A DNA stretch of 64,000 bases from Macrostomum lignano (lineage: Eukaryota), in NCBI GenBank assembly GCA_002269645.1, contig NIVC01001688.1, positions 1-64,000 of the forward strand, given 5' to 3'. The notes under the pieces are model-generated. The model ran no database searches. It was given only the letters and a program-made list of their open reading frames with translations, and was not told where the DNA came from. A program made the translations under genes and the position numbers. Of the stretch, positions 12,701 to 24,990 are shown piece after piece. The number at the start of each line of letters is the position of its first letter. Within the stretch, counting starts at the first letter, position 1.

Positions 12701-14420
12701 CCCAGCTCGTGCGGCAGCTCGTGGCAGAACACGGCAATGCTGGTTGAGATGCCTCCCGTGATGCTCTGCGCGAAGGCCGCCCCGATCGCGAGGCCATCAG
12801 TGAAGTTGTGCAGGCCGTCACCAAAAATCACCATCCAAGCCACCGACACCATTGACTGGGGCATCTCGTGACCGTGCCCGTGACCGTGACCGTGCCCGTG
12901 ACCGTGACCGTGCCCGTGACCTTTCTCCTTTAGCGAGGATTTTCTAGCGGCAGAGGACGGCACAACCAGCTGGACGTCGTGGTTGTCGGATTTGCCGGCT
13001 TCGGCGGCAGCGTCGGTGGCAGCGGCGGCGGTGCCGTCGGCTGGAGCGCCTGGCGACGGCGGTGGCTCCAGGCAGCGTCGGGGCGACGACTGCGCGGCGC
13101 TCGCTGCGGCCGAGGAAACAGCAGGCGGGCCGCTGTTGGCGTCCTCCTCGGGCTTCGGCGGCTGCGACTTTTCCAGCAGGCGGCAGCCCTCCTCGTCGTC
13201 GCTGCTGCAGTCGGCGGCGTTCTTGAATGTGTCGATGCTGCGGAGAGCTGCGGGGTCACGGCGTGGTATTTGAGGGACTTCTCGGAATCAAGCGAGAATG
13301 ATCCCTAATCCCCAGATCCCGATTCCCAATCCCCAGATCCCGATTCCCAATCCCAGATCCCGATTCCCAATCTCCAGATCCCGATTCCCAATCTCCAGAT
13401 CCCGATTCCCAATCCCAGATCCCGACTCCCTATCTCCAGATCCCGATTCCCAATCCCAGATCCCGATTCCCAATCTCTAGATCCCGATTCCCAATCCCCA
13501 GATCCCGATTCCCAATCCCAGATCCCGATTCCCAATCTCCAGATCCCGATTCCCAATCCCCAGATCCCGATTCCCAATCTCCAGATCCTGATTCCCAATC
13601 TGTCATAAAAAGCTACAAAAATTCTGCTCACCCTTGCTGCTCAGCCCGGTGGTGAAAATGTCATCGCAGGATTTTGCGCCCAACAGCCGGGTTGCGCGGC
13701 GCCGCTGCTCTTCCTGCGAGGTGGCGCCGCTGGCGCATCGATTGTCGGCGTCCCCAGCGGCGGCGTCACGCTCGGCCTCTTCCTGGAGATGGTGAAGGTG
13801 CACTGGTGACTCAACTGCTGCAGCTTGAGGTTTTCATTTCCCAATCATGGGATTTTCATTCCGAATCATGAGATATTTATCCCCAATCATGGGATTTTCA
13901 TTCCGAATCATGTGATTTTTAGCCCCAAATATGAGATTTTTATCTCCCAATTTTGGGATTATATCCCCAAAATTATGGGAGTGCTTAATGAACTCAATCG
14001 TGTAAAAGAATGTAATTAGCGAACAGAGAACTGTTATTGGCATCCATATGTCTGTACTAAGTCTCAAAGACAAATGCTAAGCAACCTCAATCTAAGCTTT
14101 GAGACAAATAAATGTCCACTATTGCAGTCGACAATTTCACACAGCTGGGATGTAAGAATTCTAAACATTTTTACTCCTGCTTGCTGCTTCTGTTCTCGAC
14201 TTTTTTGTAGCGTCTGGTGAGCGGGCGGATGAGCAGACAGGGGAGCGGGTAGGGGAGGGAACGGGTAGGGGAGCGGGTAGGGGAGGGAACGGGTAGGGGA
14301 GCGGGTAGGGGAGGGAACGGGTAGGGGAGCGGGTAGGGGAGGGAACGGGTAGGGGAGGGAACGGGTAGGGGAGCGGGTAGGGGAGCAGAAAGACAGACAG
14401 ACAGACAGAGACAGACAGAC

Positions 14421-14511
<91 letters not shown>

Positions 14512-14548
14512 GAGACAAACAGACAAACAGACCGACAGACAGACAGAA

Positions 14549-14637
<89 letters not shown>

Positions 14638-16659
14638 AACAAGGTAGCACGAATCTGTCTCACCTCTAAGGCCTGCCGCTCCGAGCGGTACTCAGTAACC
14701 AGGGCAACAATCTTCTCGGCCATAAAGAAGAAATAAACTCCGCCCAAAGCCACCAGGCCCTTTAGCACCGTCTGCCGCTCGTTGTGGCATCGCTCAGCAT
14801 GAGCATTCTCCATGGCTGACTTGACTATGGCCTGCAGGGGTGGAAGGGCTTCATTCGAGAGGTTCAAAATGGCATCTCTCTGTGTAAAAAATAGCATCTC
14901 TGTGCAAAGATGGCATCTCTTTGTGCAGAATGGCATCCCTCTGTGTAAAAATGGCATCTCTCTGTGCAAAAATGGCATCCCTCTGTGTAAAAATGGCATC
15001 TCTCTGTGCAAAAATGGCATCCCTCTGTGTAAAAATGGCATCTCTCTGTGCAAAAATGGCATCTCTCTGTGCAAAAATGGCATCTCTCAGTGCAAAAATG
15101 GCATCTCTCTGTGCAAAAATGGCATCTCTGCTTACGTGAGGCAGCAGGTGCAGCATGGCATCGCCTGTGAGGGAGCCGACAGCCAGAGCCACCAGGTACT
15201 GGATGAAGTGGTTGTAATAGGTGGACTGAACCAGAGGCACTATAGCCACGGCTGCGAGGCCCACCATGCTGATGATCAGAATGGCCACGAATGACACCAG
15301 CCACACTGCGGCGGGGTAGAGGGGGGGGGGGAAATGCGGTGGCTCTGTTTTATCTATGCTTATTTGACATGGATCTATGGAGCACAACCACATACACACA
15401 TATAGATCCGGGTAGCAACCAAATAGTCAAATACACACCTATAGATCCAGATAAAAACCAAATACATACGCACATAACACCTAAATCTAGGTAGCAACCG
15501 CCAACCACATACATGCTTGGGCGCAACCTTGGTGATTCACCCGGCCGTTCCTATTGGCAACACACACGATGTAAGTCGCTATTGGACAGAATAGTAGTCA
15601 CGTGACTGCTCTCAGCAATAGCGACTTACATGTGTGTTGCTAATAGAAACGGCCGGGTGATTCCCAAGGCTGCGCATGTATGACCACATACCGATAGATC
15701 CAGGTAGCAATCACATACACACCTATAGATCTGGGTAGCAACCAAACACACACCTATAGATCCGGGTGACAAACATATACAAACACCTACAGATCTGGGT
15801 AGCAATCACATATACACCTGTAGATCCGGGTAGCAACCAAAAACGCACCTATAGATCCGGATAGCAATCAAAAACGCACCTAAAGATCCGGATAGTAACC
15901 AAAAACGCACCTAAAGATCCGGATAGCAACCAAATACACACCTACATCCGGATAGCACATGCTGGGGCGCAACCTAGGGATTCACCCAGCCGTTTCTATT
16001 GGCAACACACACATGTAAGTCGCTATTCGACGGAATAGTAGTCACGGGACTGCTCTCAGCAATAGCGACTTACATGTGTGTTGCCAATAGAAACGGCCGG
16101 GTGATTCCCAAGGCTGCGCATGTATGACCACATACCGATAGATCCAGGTAGCAATCACATCCACACCTATAGATCCGGGTAGCAACCACACAACCTATAG
16201 ATCCGGGTAGCAAACATATACAAACACCTATAGATCCGGGTAGCAAACATATACAAACACCTATAGATCCGGGTAGTAAGCACATACACATCTACAGATC
16301 TGGGTAGCTATCACATATACACCTATAGATCCGGGTAGCAACCAAACACGCACAGATCCGGATGACCGGATAGCAACCAAATACACACCTAAATCCGCGT
16401 AGGAACCAAATACACACGTATAGATCCGGGTAGCGACCACATACCTATAGATCCGGGTAGCGACTACAACACCCCCACAGATCCATTTGTTTACAAATCC
16501 TACAGAATGCAAAAAGAAACTTCAGCTGCAATTTTTTTTCGTCTTACCTTTCGGACGAGCAAAGCTGGCCTGCTGCTCCTCTTCATCTGCCGGCTGGGTG
16601 CCGTTGCCAGGCGGCGCGGTCGCCGCAACCGTGGCTGTCTGCTGAGCGTAGCAAGCCTC
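9797..16659 (-). CDS. SLC39A10: LIV-1 subfamily zinc transporter (ZIP10/ZIP6/fear-of-intimacy-like), 5'-incomplete; exons 16659-16548, 15305-15136, 14831-14664, ~13814-13632, 13247-12702, 10668-10481, 9979-9797
   Basis: TM1-2 [41 protein letters not shown]3 [16 protein letters not shown]. (HG)n loop. TM4 [12 protein letters not shown]5 [14 protein letters not shown] (HEXPHEXGD). C-terminus [20 protein letters not shown]. All junctions are GT-AG and phase-compatible except 14664 to ~13814. N-terminal ectodomain exons were not located; exact paralogue assignment is an inference. Confidence 0.9.
10025..10415. repeat. 42-mer x ~4 (GGTTCGAATCCATCGGTCCCGGGATCGGACCCATAGGTCCTG) followed by GGGAT(C/T)T-type short repeats, in last ZIP intron
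   Basis: Units read directly. Confidence 0.9.
10735..12690. repeat. GATCCC-core minisatellite (~27-mer GATCCCGACTCCCAGATCCCGCTCAGA) filling a 2-kb ZIP intron
   Basis: Units read directly. A diagnostic variant block at ~11581 recurs at ~12479 (898-nt superperiod). Confidence 0.95.
13295..13600. repeat. ~20-mer minisatellite CCAGATCCCGATTCCCAATC in ZIP intron
   Basis: Units read directly. Confidence 0.9.
14240..14640. repeat. G-rich repeat (GGGGAGCGGGTAGGGGAGGGAACGGGTA) followed by (GACA)n microsatellite in ZIP intron
   Basis: Units read directly. Confidence 0.9.
14865..15130. repeat. 21-mer minisatellite AAAAATGGCATCTCTCTGTGC filling a 304-nt ZIP intron
   Basis: Units read directly; the array starts immediately after the gtaagc donor on the minus strand. 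Confidence 0.9.
15521..15675. mobile_element. Fold-back/MITE-like palindrome, copy 1 (~60-bp inverted arms, ~30-nt spacer)
   Basis: Left arm GCGCAACCTTGGTGATTCACCCGGCCGTTCCTATTGGCAACACACACGATGTAAGTCGCTATTG is near reverse-complementary to right arm CAATAGCGACTTACATGTGTGTTGCTAATAGAAACGGCCGGGTGATTCCCAAGGCTGCGC. No clear TSD. Confidence 0.7.
15967..16119. mobile_element. Fold-back/MITE-like palindrome, copy 2
   Basis: Near-identical to 15521-15675 and shares the same 3' flank (ATGTATGACCACATACCGATAGATCCAGG), i.e. a 446-nt tandem duplication. Confidence 0.7.
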
Positions 16660-17184
16660 CTAGATTGACGGGGGGGAGGGCGGCGGCAAAGTTCTGCAGT
16701 CGAACTTTTGAAGGCCGATTGAATTCCTTACTGCCCGGATTTACCCATGTCAATCAATAATCACATGAGGGCATGAACCCCCCCCCGGCCGTTGCGCGTG
16801 AGTCAGACCCGCTTACCGCTTGGTGTTTACCCATTGCGTGAGCATAAATTATCCTGGTGAAAAGAGCACTGCATCTGTCAGTCACACAGGAAGCGACTCC
16901 CGTTCGGATGTAGCAAAGACAGCAAAATTTGTGAAAATTCATTTCCTACACTTGTACTTAGCAGGTACGCTAGGAAAAGTGCATGCCGCTCTTTTCGTGG
17001 GAAATAAATTACCCCCCCCCCTACACCTATTCTATAATAACAGCGGCCGGTTCGACTGATGGGCACATTGAGTTACTCCGAGGCTGGGGAGGCCGCTCCC
17101 TGCAGTGCCATCTCCTTAATTGGCGCGCCTCCCACCTGCGTGACTGCCGTGTCAGTGCGTCAGTTGACTCTCATTCACTCACTT

Positions 17185-17208
17185 TTGCCTGCCTGCCTGC
17201 CTGCCTGT

Positions 17209-17245
<37 letters not shown>

Positions 17246-17437
17246 TGTCTGCCTGCCTGTCTATGTGTCTGTCTGTCTGACTACCTGGCTGCCTGCCTGT
17301 CTGTCTATGTGTCTGTCTGTCTTAGTGTCTGTCTGTCTATGTGTCTGTCTGTCTTAGTGTCTGTCTGTCTATCTGCCTGTCTGTCTGTCTGTCTGTCTGT
17401 CTGTCTTAGTGTCTTAGTGTCTATCTGTCTATCTGCC

Positions 17438-17520
<83 letters not shown>

Positions 17521-17660
17521 GTGTCTGTCTCTCTGCCTGTTTTTTATGTCTGTCTGTCTGTAGAATCCTGTGTCTCACTTCCCGATCCCGAGTCACGATT
17601 CCTGATCCCGAGTCCCGATTCCTGATCCCGAGTTCCGATTCCTGATCCCGAGTCCCTATT
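17185..17660. repeat. (TGCC)n/(TGTC)n microsatellite followed by a short 20-mer CCTGATCCCGAGTCCCGATT array
   Basis: Units read directly. Confidence 0.9.
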
Positions 17661-18317
17661 TCTAACCAGAATTTTGCATTTCAAATTCCTAACTCTAACT
17701 TCTCCAATTTTTCTCCCCCCCAACCGAGATCTCAACTTCGAATTCCAAAATCCGCGGTTTCGAATTGCCGACAACATCCGGTCCGGATCGTCTAGCGTCC
17801 CAGTATGAAATCTTTATCATTACTGGTCCAATGAATGTCCCAAGGGGAATTAAAGGCAAACAAACAGGGGTAGAAGAGACACCGGATATGAGCATATCTT
17901 ATAAGAGCAGTTCAAAGCCGCCGTGCCGCGCCGTCTCATTTGCAGTTTTATCAGCTTGGCACTACAGATCCCATAATAAAACTCGAGAGTATGGAGCTGA
18001 GCACGGGTTGAGCAGAAACTCAATATACCGGGGTATACAGCGGACGAATTTAACTATACTAGCACGAGCTTTAGCTAAGGCCTTCCTTGATTAATTTATT
18101 TCACTAAACGAACGGCTGAGCCAAGGAGTCTGTAGGTCAGGTCCTTTGACAGGCTCGCTGTCAGCCTTCTGGCCTTCGCCGACTATGGCACGATCGCACA
18201 GATTGGGGAAGAGAGAGAGTAGTGGCGGAAAGAAGGAAACTTGAGTAACTAAAAATCCTATTACGGATGTGACGTCAGTCTGAGATCTGAGTGAAACTGG
18301 CTAGACTGAGAAGCATA

Positions 18318-21047
18318 ATCTATGAGCTGCAGCTGACGGTTCCGTGAGCTATGAGCATCAACTGAAAGTTCTGTGTGCTATGATCAGCAACTGAAAGTTC
18401 TGTGTGCTATGATCAGCAACTGAAAGTTCTGTGTGCTATGATCAGCAACTGAAAGTTCTGTGTGCTATGATCAGCAACTGAAAGTTCTGTGTGCTATGAT
18501 CAGCAACTGAAAGTTCTGTGTGCTATGATCAGCAACTGAAAGTTCTGTGTGCTATGATCAGCAACTGAAAGTTCTGTGTGCTATGATCAGCAACTAATCA
18601 TTAAATCAGGGTGCTATGATCAGCAACTGACCATTCCATCAGTGTGCTATGATCAGCAACTGACCATTCCATCAGTGTGCTATGATCAGCAACTGACCAT
18701 TCCATCAGTGTGCTATGATCAGCAACTGACCATTCCATCAGTGTGCTATGATCAGCAACTGACCATTCCATCAGTGTGCTATGATCAGCAACTGACCATT
18801 CCATCAGTGTGCTATGATCAGCGAATGACCATTCCATCAGTGTGCTATGATCAGCGAATGACAATTCCATCAGTGTGCTATGATCAGCGAATGACAGTTC
18901 CATCAGTGTGCTATGATCAGCGAATGACAATTCCATCAGTGTGCTATGATCAGCGAATGACAATTCCATCAGTGTGCTATGATCAGCGAATGACAATTCC
19001 ATCAGTGTGCTATGATCAGCGAATGACCATTCCATCAGTGTGCTATGATCAGCGAATGACCATTCAATCAGTGTGCTATGATCAGCGAATGACCATTCCA
19101 TCAGTGTGCTATGATCAGCGAATGACAATTCCATCAGTGTGCTATGATCAGCGAATGACAATTCCATCAGTGTGCTATGATCAGCGAATGACAATTCCAT
19201 CAGTGTGCTATGATCAGCGAATGACAATTCCATCAGTGTGCTATGATCAGCGAATGACCATTCCATCAGTGTGCTATGATCAGCGAATGACCATTCCATC
19301 AGTGTGCTATGATCAGCGAATGACAATTCCATCAGTGTGCTATGATCAGCGAATGACAATTCCATCAGTGTGCTATGATCAGCGAATGACAATTCCATCA
19401 GTGTGCTATGATCAGCGAATGACCATTCCATCAGTGTGCTATGATCAGCGAATGACCATTCCATCAGTGTGCTATGATCAGCGAATGACAATTCCATCAG
19501 TGTGCTATGATCAGCGAATGACAATTCCATCAGTGTGCTATGATCAGCGAATGACAATTCCATCAGTGTGCTATGATCAGCGAATGACAATTCCATCAGT
19601 GTGCTATGATCAGCGAATGACAATTCCATCAGTGTGCTATGATCAGCGAATGACAATTCCATCAGTGTGCTATGATCAGCGAATGACAATTCCATCAGTG
19701 TGCTATGATCAGCGAATGACAATTCCATCAGTGTGCTATGATCAGCGAATGACAATTCCATCAGTGTGCTATGATCAGCGAATGACCATTCCATCAGTGT
19801 GCTATGATCAGCGAATGACAATTCCATCAGTGTGCTATGATCAGCGAATGACCATTCCATCAGTGTGCTATGATCAGCGAATGACAATTCCATCAGTGTG
19901 CTATGATCAGCGAATGACCATTCCATCAGTGTGCTATGATCAGCGAATGACCATTCCATCAGTGTGCTATGATCAGCGAATGACAATTCCATCAGTGTGC
20001 TATGATCAGCGAATGACAATTCCATCAGTGTGCTATGATCAGCGAATGACAATTCCATCAGTGTGCTATGATCAGCGAATGACAATTCCATCAGTGTGCT
20101 ATGATCAGCGAATGACAATTCCATCAGTGTGCTATGATCAGCGAATGACCATTCCATCAGTGTGCTATGATCAGCGAATGACAATTCCATCAGTGTGCTA
20201 TGATCAGCGAATGACAATTCCATCAGTGTGCTATGATCAGCGAATGACAATTCCATCAGTGTGCTATGATCAGCGAATGACAATTCCATCAGTGTGCTAT
20301 GATCAGCGAATGACAATTCCATCAGTGTGCTATGATCAGCGAATGACCATTCCATCAGTGTGCTATGATCAGCGAATGACAATTCCATCAGTGTGCTATG
20401 ATCAGCGAATGACAATTCCATCAGTGTGCTATGATCAGCGAATGACAATTCCATCAGTGTGCTATGATCAGCGAATGACCATTCCATCAGTGTGCTATGA
20501 TCAGCGAATGACAATTCCATCAGTGTGCTATGATCAGCGAATGACAATTCCATCAGTGTGCTATGATCAGCGAATGACAATTCCATCAGTGTGCTATGAT
20601 CAGCGAATGACCATTCCATCAGTGTGCTATGATCAGCGAATGACAATTCCATCAGTGTGCTATGATCAGCGAATGACAATTCCATCAGTGTGCTATGATC
20701 AGCGAATGACAATTCCATCAGTGTGCTATGATCAGCGAATGACCATTCCATCAGTGTGCTATGATCAGCGAATGACAATTCCATCAGTGTGCTATGATCA
20801 GCGAATGACAATTCCATCAGTGTGCTATGATCAGCGAATGACAATTCCATCAGTGTGCTATGATCAGCGAATGACAATTCCATCAGTGTGCTATGATCAG
20901 CGAATGACCATTCCATCAGTGTGCTATGATCAGCGAATGACAATTCCATCAGTGTGCTATGATCAGCGAATGACAATTCCATCAGTGTGCTATGATCAGC
21001 GAATGACAATTCCATCAGTGTGCTATGATCAGCGAATGACAATTCCA
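18318..21047. repeat. Satellite: 29-mer CTATGATCAGCAACTGAAAGTTCTGTGTG grading into highly homogeneous 33-mer CTATGATCAGCGAATGAC(A/C)ATTCCATCAGTGTG (~70 copies)
   Basis: Units read directly. The 33-nt unit (11 codons) explains the 838-aa and 823-aa ORFs. Confidence 0.95.
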
Positions 21048-22679
21048 CAAGTATCGCTCTTAGATCTTCCACTCATCTCCCTCGGAGACTGATGTATTGA
21101 AGGCAGGAATGGAGCATAATTTCTGCAGCTAAACACTAGTTGATGATGCTCAACATGCATCCCTAGAAGACGCTCGCTTCGCCTCTCCACTAGTATATAA
21201 ATGTAGGTCCTGGTACTCACTTCGAGTCCCCCGAGATCAAGCAAGCAGTCTCATATGCGATCTGAGTGGGATACAGTGACCGTGGACGAAACAGAGCTGA
21301 GCTCTACAGAAAATTCCTGTTGCCGAGAGGAATCATCGAGTAAACAGTTTTTCACAGAATATATGCATTTGAGATTAGTTATACTGCATGCATGTAGGAG
21401 CTAATCCGATTTCATATCCAAATTCTCAGTCCTATAGGAATAAATATCTACAATATCTATCCATAAATGACGCCTCTATCCGGAAAGAGTGTTAGTTACT
21501 AACCCGCAAATATATCCCCTCCTCCGTTTTCCAATCTCATGTTACTATTGATGGACTTTCTTTCTCATGGGGCTGCGCCATCAATCATATATACTGGTAT
21601 TTCTATTTAATATAGATTGTGTCTTTGGAGTTGTTGCAGAGCACTAGGAACTCTAGAGGGTTACAAGAGAAGGGAGTAGCAGGGAATGAGAGAAAGGAGA
21701 CGCTGCATGCCAAAGGCTTACATGTATAATCCAAAGACAGATCTCATTTACTTTTGATTCAAGTAGCTCATAGGTGCATAGTAAGATATTTGGACTTTGA
21801 ACTTGGAGACCATGCAGCATCTCTCTACATCTAACGATGCATTCACTGTACAGGCGTTGCATGGAATGCCTTCAGATAAGAATTCCCTTCTCCCTTTGCC
21901 GCCTATCTGATGTTCTTTGACTCCCCATTTCACTCCCCGCCTACCAACCCCCTCTCCGCAGCCCCTCGCGCGTCCCAGCATCCCTGCAGCTGCAGCTCGG
22001 GGGTCCCGTTGGAGATTCTGAAGGACGATTTTCCCTCTATCCCTCTATCCTTTACACTCCATCTCTTTCTTCCCTTGATATACCAAAACCCGGGGCCTGT
22101 CTATCTTCCCCTAACCGTTCCGCATCAGCAGTCCTCCGCCGTCTCCCCATCACATAGCTAAGTATAAGCTAGGCTCTGCGTATGTACGAAATTTACGAGC
22201 ATTGTGCTTTTTTAATGCCAGGGACTCCTATGCATAAAAAGAAGTTCCTTTAAGGCTGGAAGCCAGCCAGGTAGGAAATGCCCGAGATGTATACTATGCA
22301 AGGGCATTTTTTTCTTCAAATGTTTGCATAGAAAGTCACAATAAGTGACCATCGCCTGCACATAGCTTTGTCTTTAAAAATATAAATGTACTTTCTTCCA
22401 GAAGTACGTATAATATAATAATGCGTGCATGAATGAAAGGTAGATATGCCATGCATAGCTGTTTATGCATATCATAGATCGCTCTACCCAATTAACAAAA
22501 GGCATTGTAGGCATGAAGGAAACGAATCGAAAGAGGAACGGCACTTATTGATGTCAGTGCTGCTATGGGTGGGATATTAGCTGGGAATGCTTGTTAGGTG
22601 TATTTTCTGAGCAATTATAGAAAAATCAATTTGCTGCTGCAATTACGGGCATCTGCTGTTTCGGTAAATTCATGCAGCA

Positions 22680-23725
22680 CTGCAATTACCTTCAGAGTCG
22701 CAGAGTGTACTGATCCACTGCAATTCCCATTCAGAGTGTACTGATCCACTGCAATTCCCATTCAGAGTGTACTGATCCACTGCAATTCCCATTCAGAGTG
22801 TACTGATCCACTGCAATTCCCATTCAGAGTGTACTGATCCACTGCAATTCCCATTCAGAGTGTACTGATCCACTGCAATTCCCATTCAGAGTGTACTGAT
22901 CCACTGCAATTCCCATTCAGAGTGTACTGATCCACTGCAATTCCCATTCAGAGTGTACTGATCCACTGCAATTCCCATTCAGAGTGTACTGATCCACTGC
23001 AATTCCCATTCAGAGTGTACTGATGCACCACTGCAATTCCCATTCAGTGTGTACTGATGCACCACTGCAATTCCCATTCAGAGTGTACTGATGCACCACT
23101 GCAATTCCCATTCAGAGTGTACTGATGCACCACTGCAATTCCCATTCAGAGTGTACTGATGCACCAATGCAATTCCCATTCAGTGTGTACTGATGCACCA
23201 CTGCAATTCCCATTCAGTGTGTACTGATGCACCAATGCAATTCCCATTCAGTGTGTACTGATGCACCACTGCAATTCCCATTCAGTGTGTACTGATGCAC
23301 CACTGCAATTCCCATTCAGTGTGTACTGATGCACCACTGCAATTCCCATTCAGTGTGTACTGATGCACCACTGCAATTCCCATTCAGTGTGTACTGATGC
23401 ACCACTGCAATTCCCATTCAGAATGTACTGATGCACCACTGCAATCCCCATTCAGAGTGTACTGATGCACCACTGCAATCCCCATTCAGAGTGTACTGAT
23501 GCACCACTGCAATTCCCATTCAGTGTGTACTGATGCACCACTGCAATCCCCATTCAGAGTGTACTGATGCACCACTGCAATTCCCATTCAGTGTGTACTG
23601 ATGCACCACTGCAATCCCCATTCAGAGTGTACTGATGCACTGCAATTCCCATTCAGAGTGTACTGATGCACCACTGCAATCCCCATTCAGAGTGTACTGA
23701 TGCACCACTGCAATTCCCATTCAGT
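22680..23725. repeat. Satellite: 31-mer CTGCAATTCCCATTCAGAGTGTACTGATCCA grading into 34-mer (...TGATGCACCA)
   Basis: Units read directly. Confidence 0.95.
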
Positions 23726-24304
23726 GTGTGTGTACTCCCTGTGTGCGATCCCAACCCCGACCTTCACGTCGGGAGTCCGGCGCTCTAATAACTAGGCTAA
23801 TAACTAACCCCTATGCTATGGAATCTGCAGCACTGACAAGTCATAAGAAGCATCTGCAATCAGACAGTCTGTCAGAGTCAGAAACTCAATAACTGCTATG
23901 CTCAATCACTAATGCATTCTTTCAAGCTGCATCGATACTAATGCCTGGGATTATTAATTATAAAAAAATGTCTTGACAACATTTTGGAATCTCAATTTTA
24001 ATTCTTAATCAGCAGATGAGATCCCTATCCTTGATTTTTGACACTATAGCTCAATCTCAATCTAGACAGAATTATCATTCATCCCAAGATCTTTATCTTC
24101 CATTCCAACCCTAATCTCAATCACGAGATGATTTCCTCTTCCGTCTTACTCTTATCTATTATCTTTGATTGAATATCCTTAAATCCTTAATCCTGATCCC
24201 AACTCTGTTAAATAGATATAACCCTTCCCTCTAGGCTATTGTATTAATAATCCCGGTCCCAGCCAATATTAATATCGATGAATTTTCATTTCTTAATTTC
24301 TATC

Positions 24305-24990
24305 CCAACCCAAACCCCGACACTCCCTATCCTGTAGTCCCGATCCCAACCCAAATCTCGATACTCCCTATCCTGTAGTCCCCGATCCCAACCCAAACCC
24401 CGATACTCCCTATCCTTTAGTCCCGATCCCAACCCAAATCCCGATCCTCCCTATCCTGTAGTCCCGATCCCAACCCAAATCCCGATCCTCCCTATCCTGT
24501 AGTCCCGATCCCAACCCAAATCCCGATCCTCCCTATCCTGTAGTCCCCGATCCCAACCCAAATCCCGATCCTCCCTATCCTGTAGTCCCGATCCCAACCC
24601 AAATCCCGATCCTCCCTATCCTGTAGTCCCGATCCCAACCCAAATCCCGATCCTCCCTATCCTGTAGTCCCGATCCCAACCCAAACCCCGATACTCCCTA
24701 TTCTATAGTCCCAATCCCAACCCAAACCCCGATACTCCCTATTCTATAGTCCCAATCCCAACCCAAATCCCGATCCTCCCTATCCTGTAGTCCCCGATCC
24801 CAACCCAAATCTCGATACTCCCTAGATCCTGTAGTCCCGATCCCAACCCAAACCCCGATCCTCCCTATCCTGTAGTCCCCGATCCCAACCCAAATCCCGA
24901 TACTCCCTATTCTATAGTCCCAATCCCAACACAAACCCCGATACTCCCTATTCTATAGTCCCAATCCCAACACAAACCCCGATACCCCTA
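24305..24990. repeat. ~41-mer GATCCC-core minisatellite CCCGATCCCAACCCAAATCCCGATCCTCCCTATCCTGTAGT
   Basis: Units read directly. Confidence 0.9.

Larger units (their letters stand above)
15400..16490. repeat. Degenerate ~30-mer array (TAGATCCGGGTAGCAACC..ACACACCTA) in ZIP intron, interrupted by two fold-back elements
   Basis: Units read directly. Confidence 0.85.

Noticed and set aside
10727-12871. Long overlapping ORFs (PDPTQRSRL.., DSQIPLRD..) and similar ORFs over other arrays ([28 protein letters not shown])
   Set aside because: All coincide with tandem arrays, mostly inside introns of real genes on the opposite strand; not protein-coding evidence.
15400-16490. CRISPR-like repeat/spacer look (constant TAGATCCGGGTAGCAACC with variable intervening sequence)
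   Set aside because: The intervening segments are mutually related AC-rich variants, not unique spacers. Eukaryotic intron, no cas genes.
18576-21092. 838-aa (+) and 823-aa (-) ORFs of an 11-residue repeat
   Set aside because: They are a by-product of a 33-nt satellite unit lacking stops in one frame per strand. There is no ATG context, signal or unique domain, and the array continues upstream as a 29-mer that breaks the frame.
21650-22000. Possible LINE RNase H remnant on the minus strand
   Set aside because: Only vague resemblance; catalytic DEDD motifs could not be identified in any frame.
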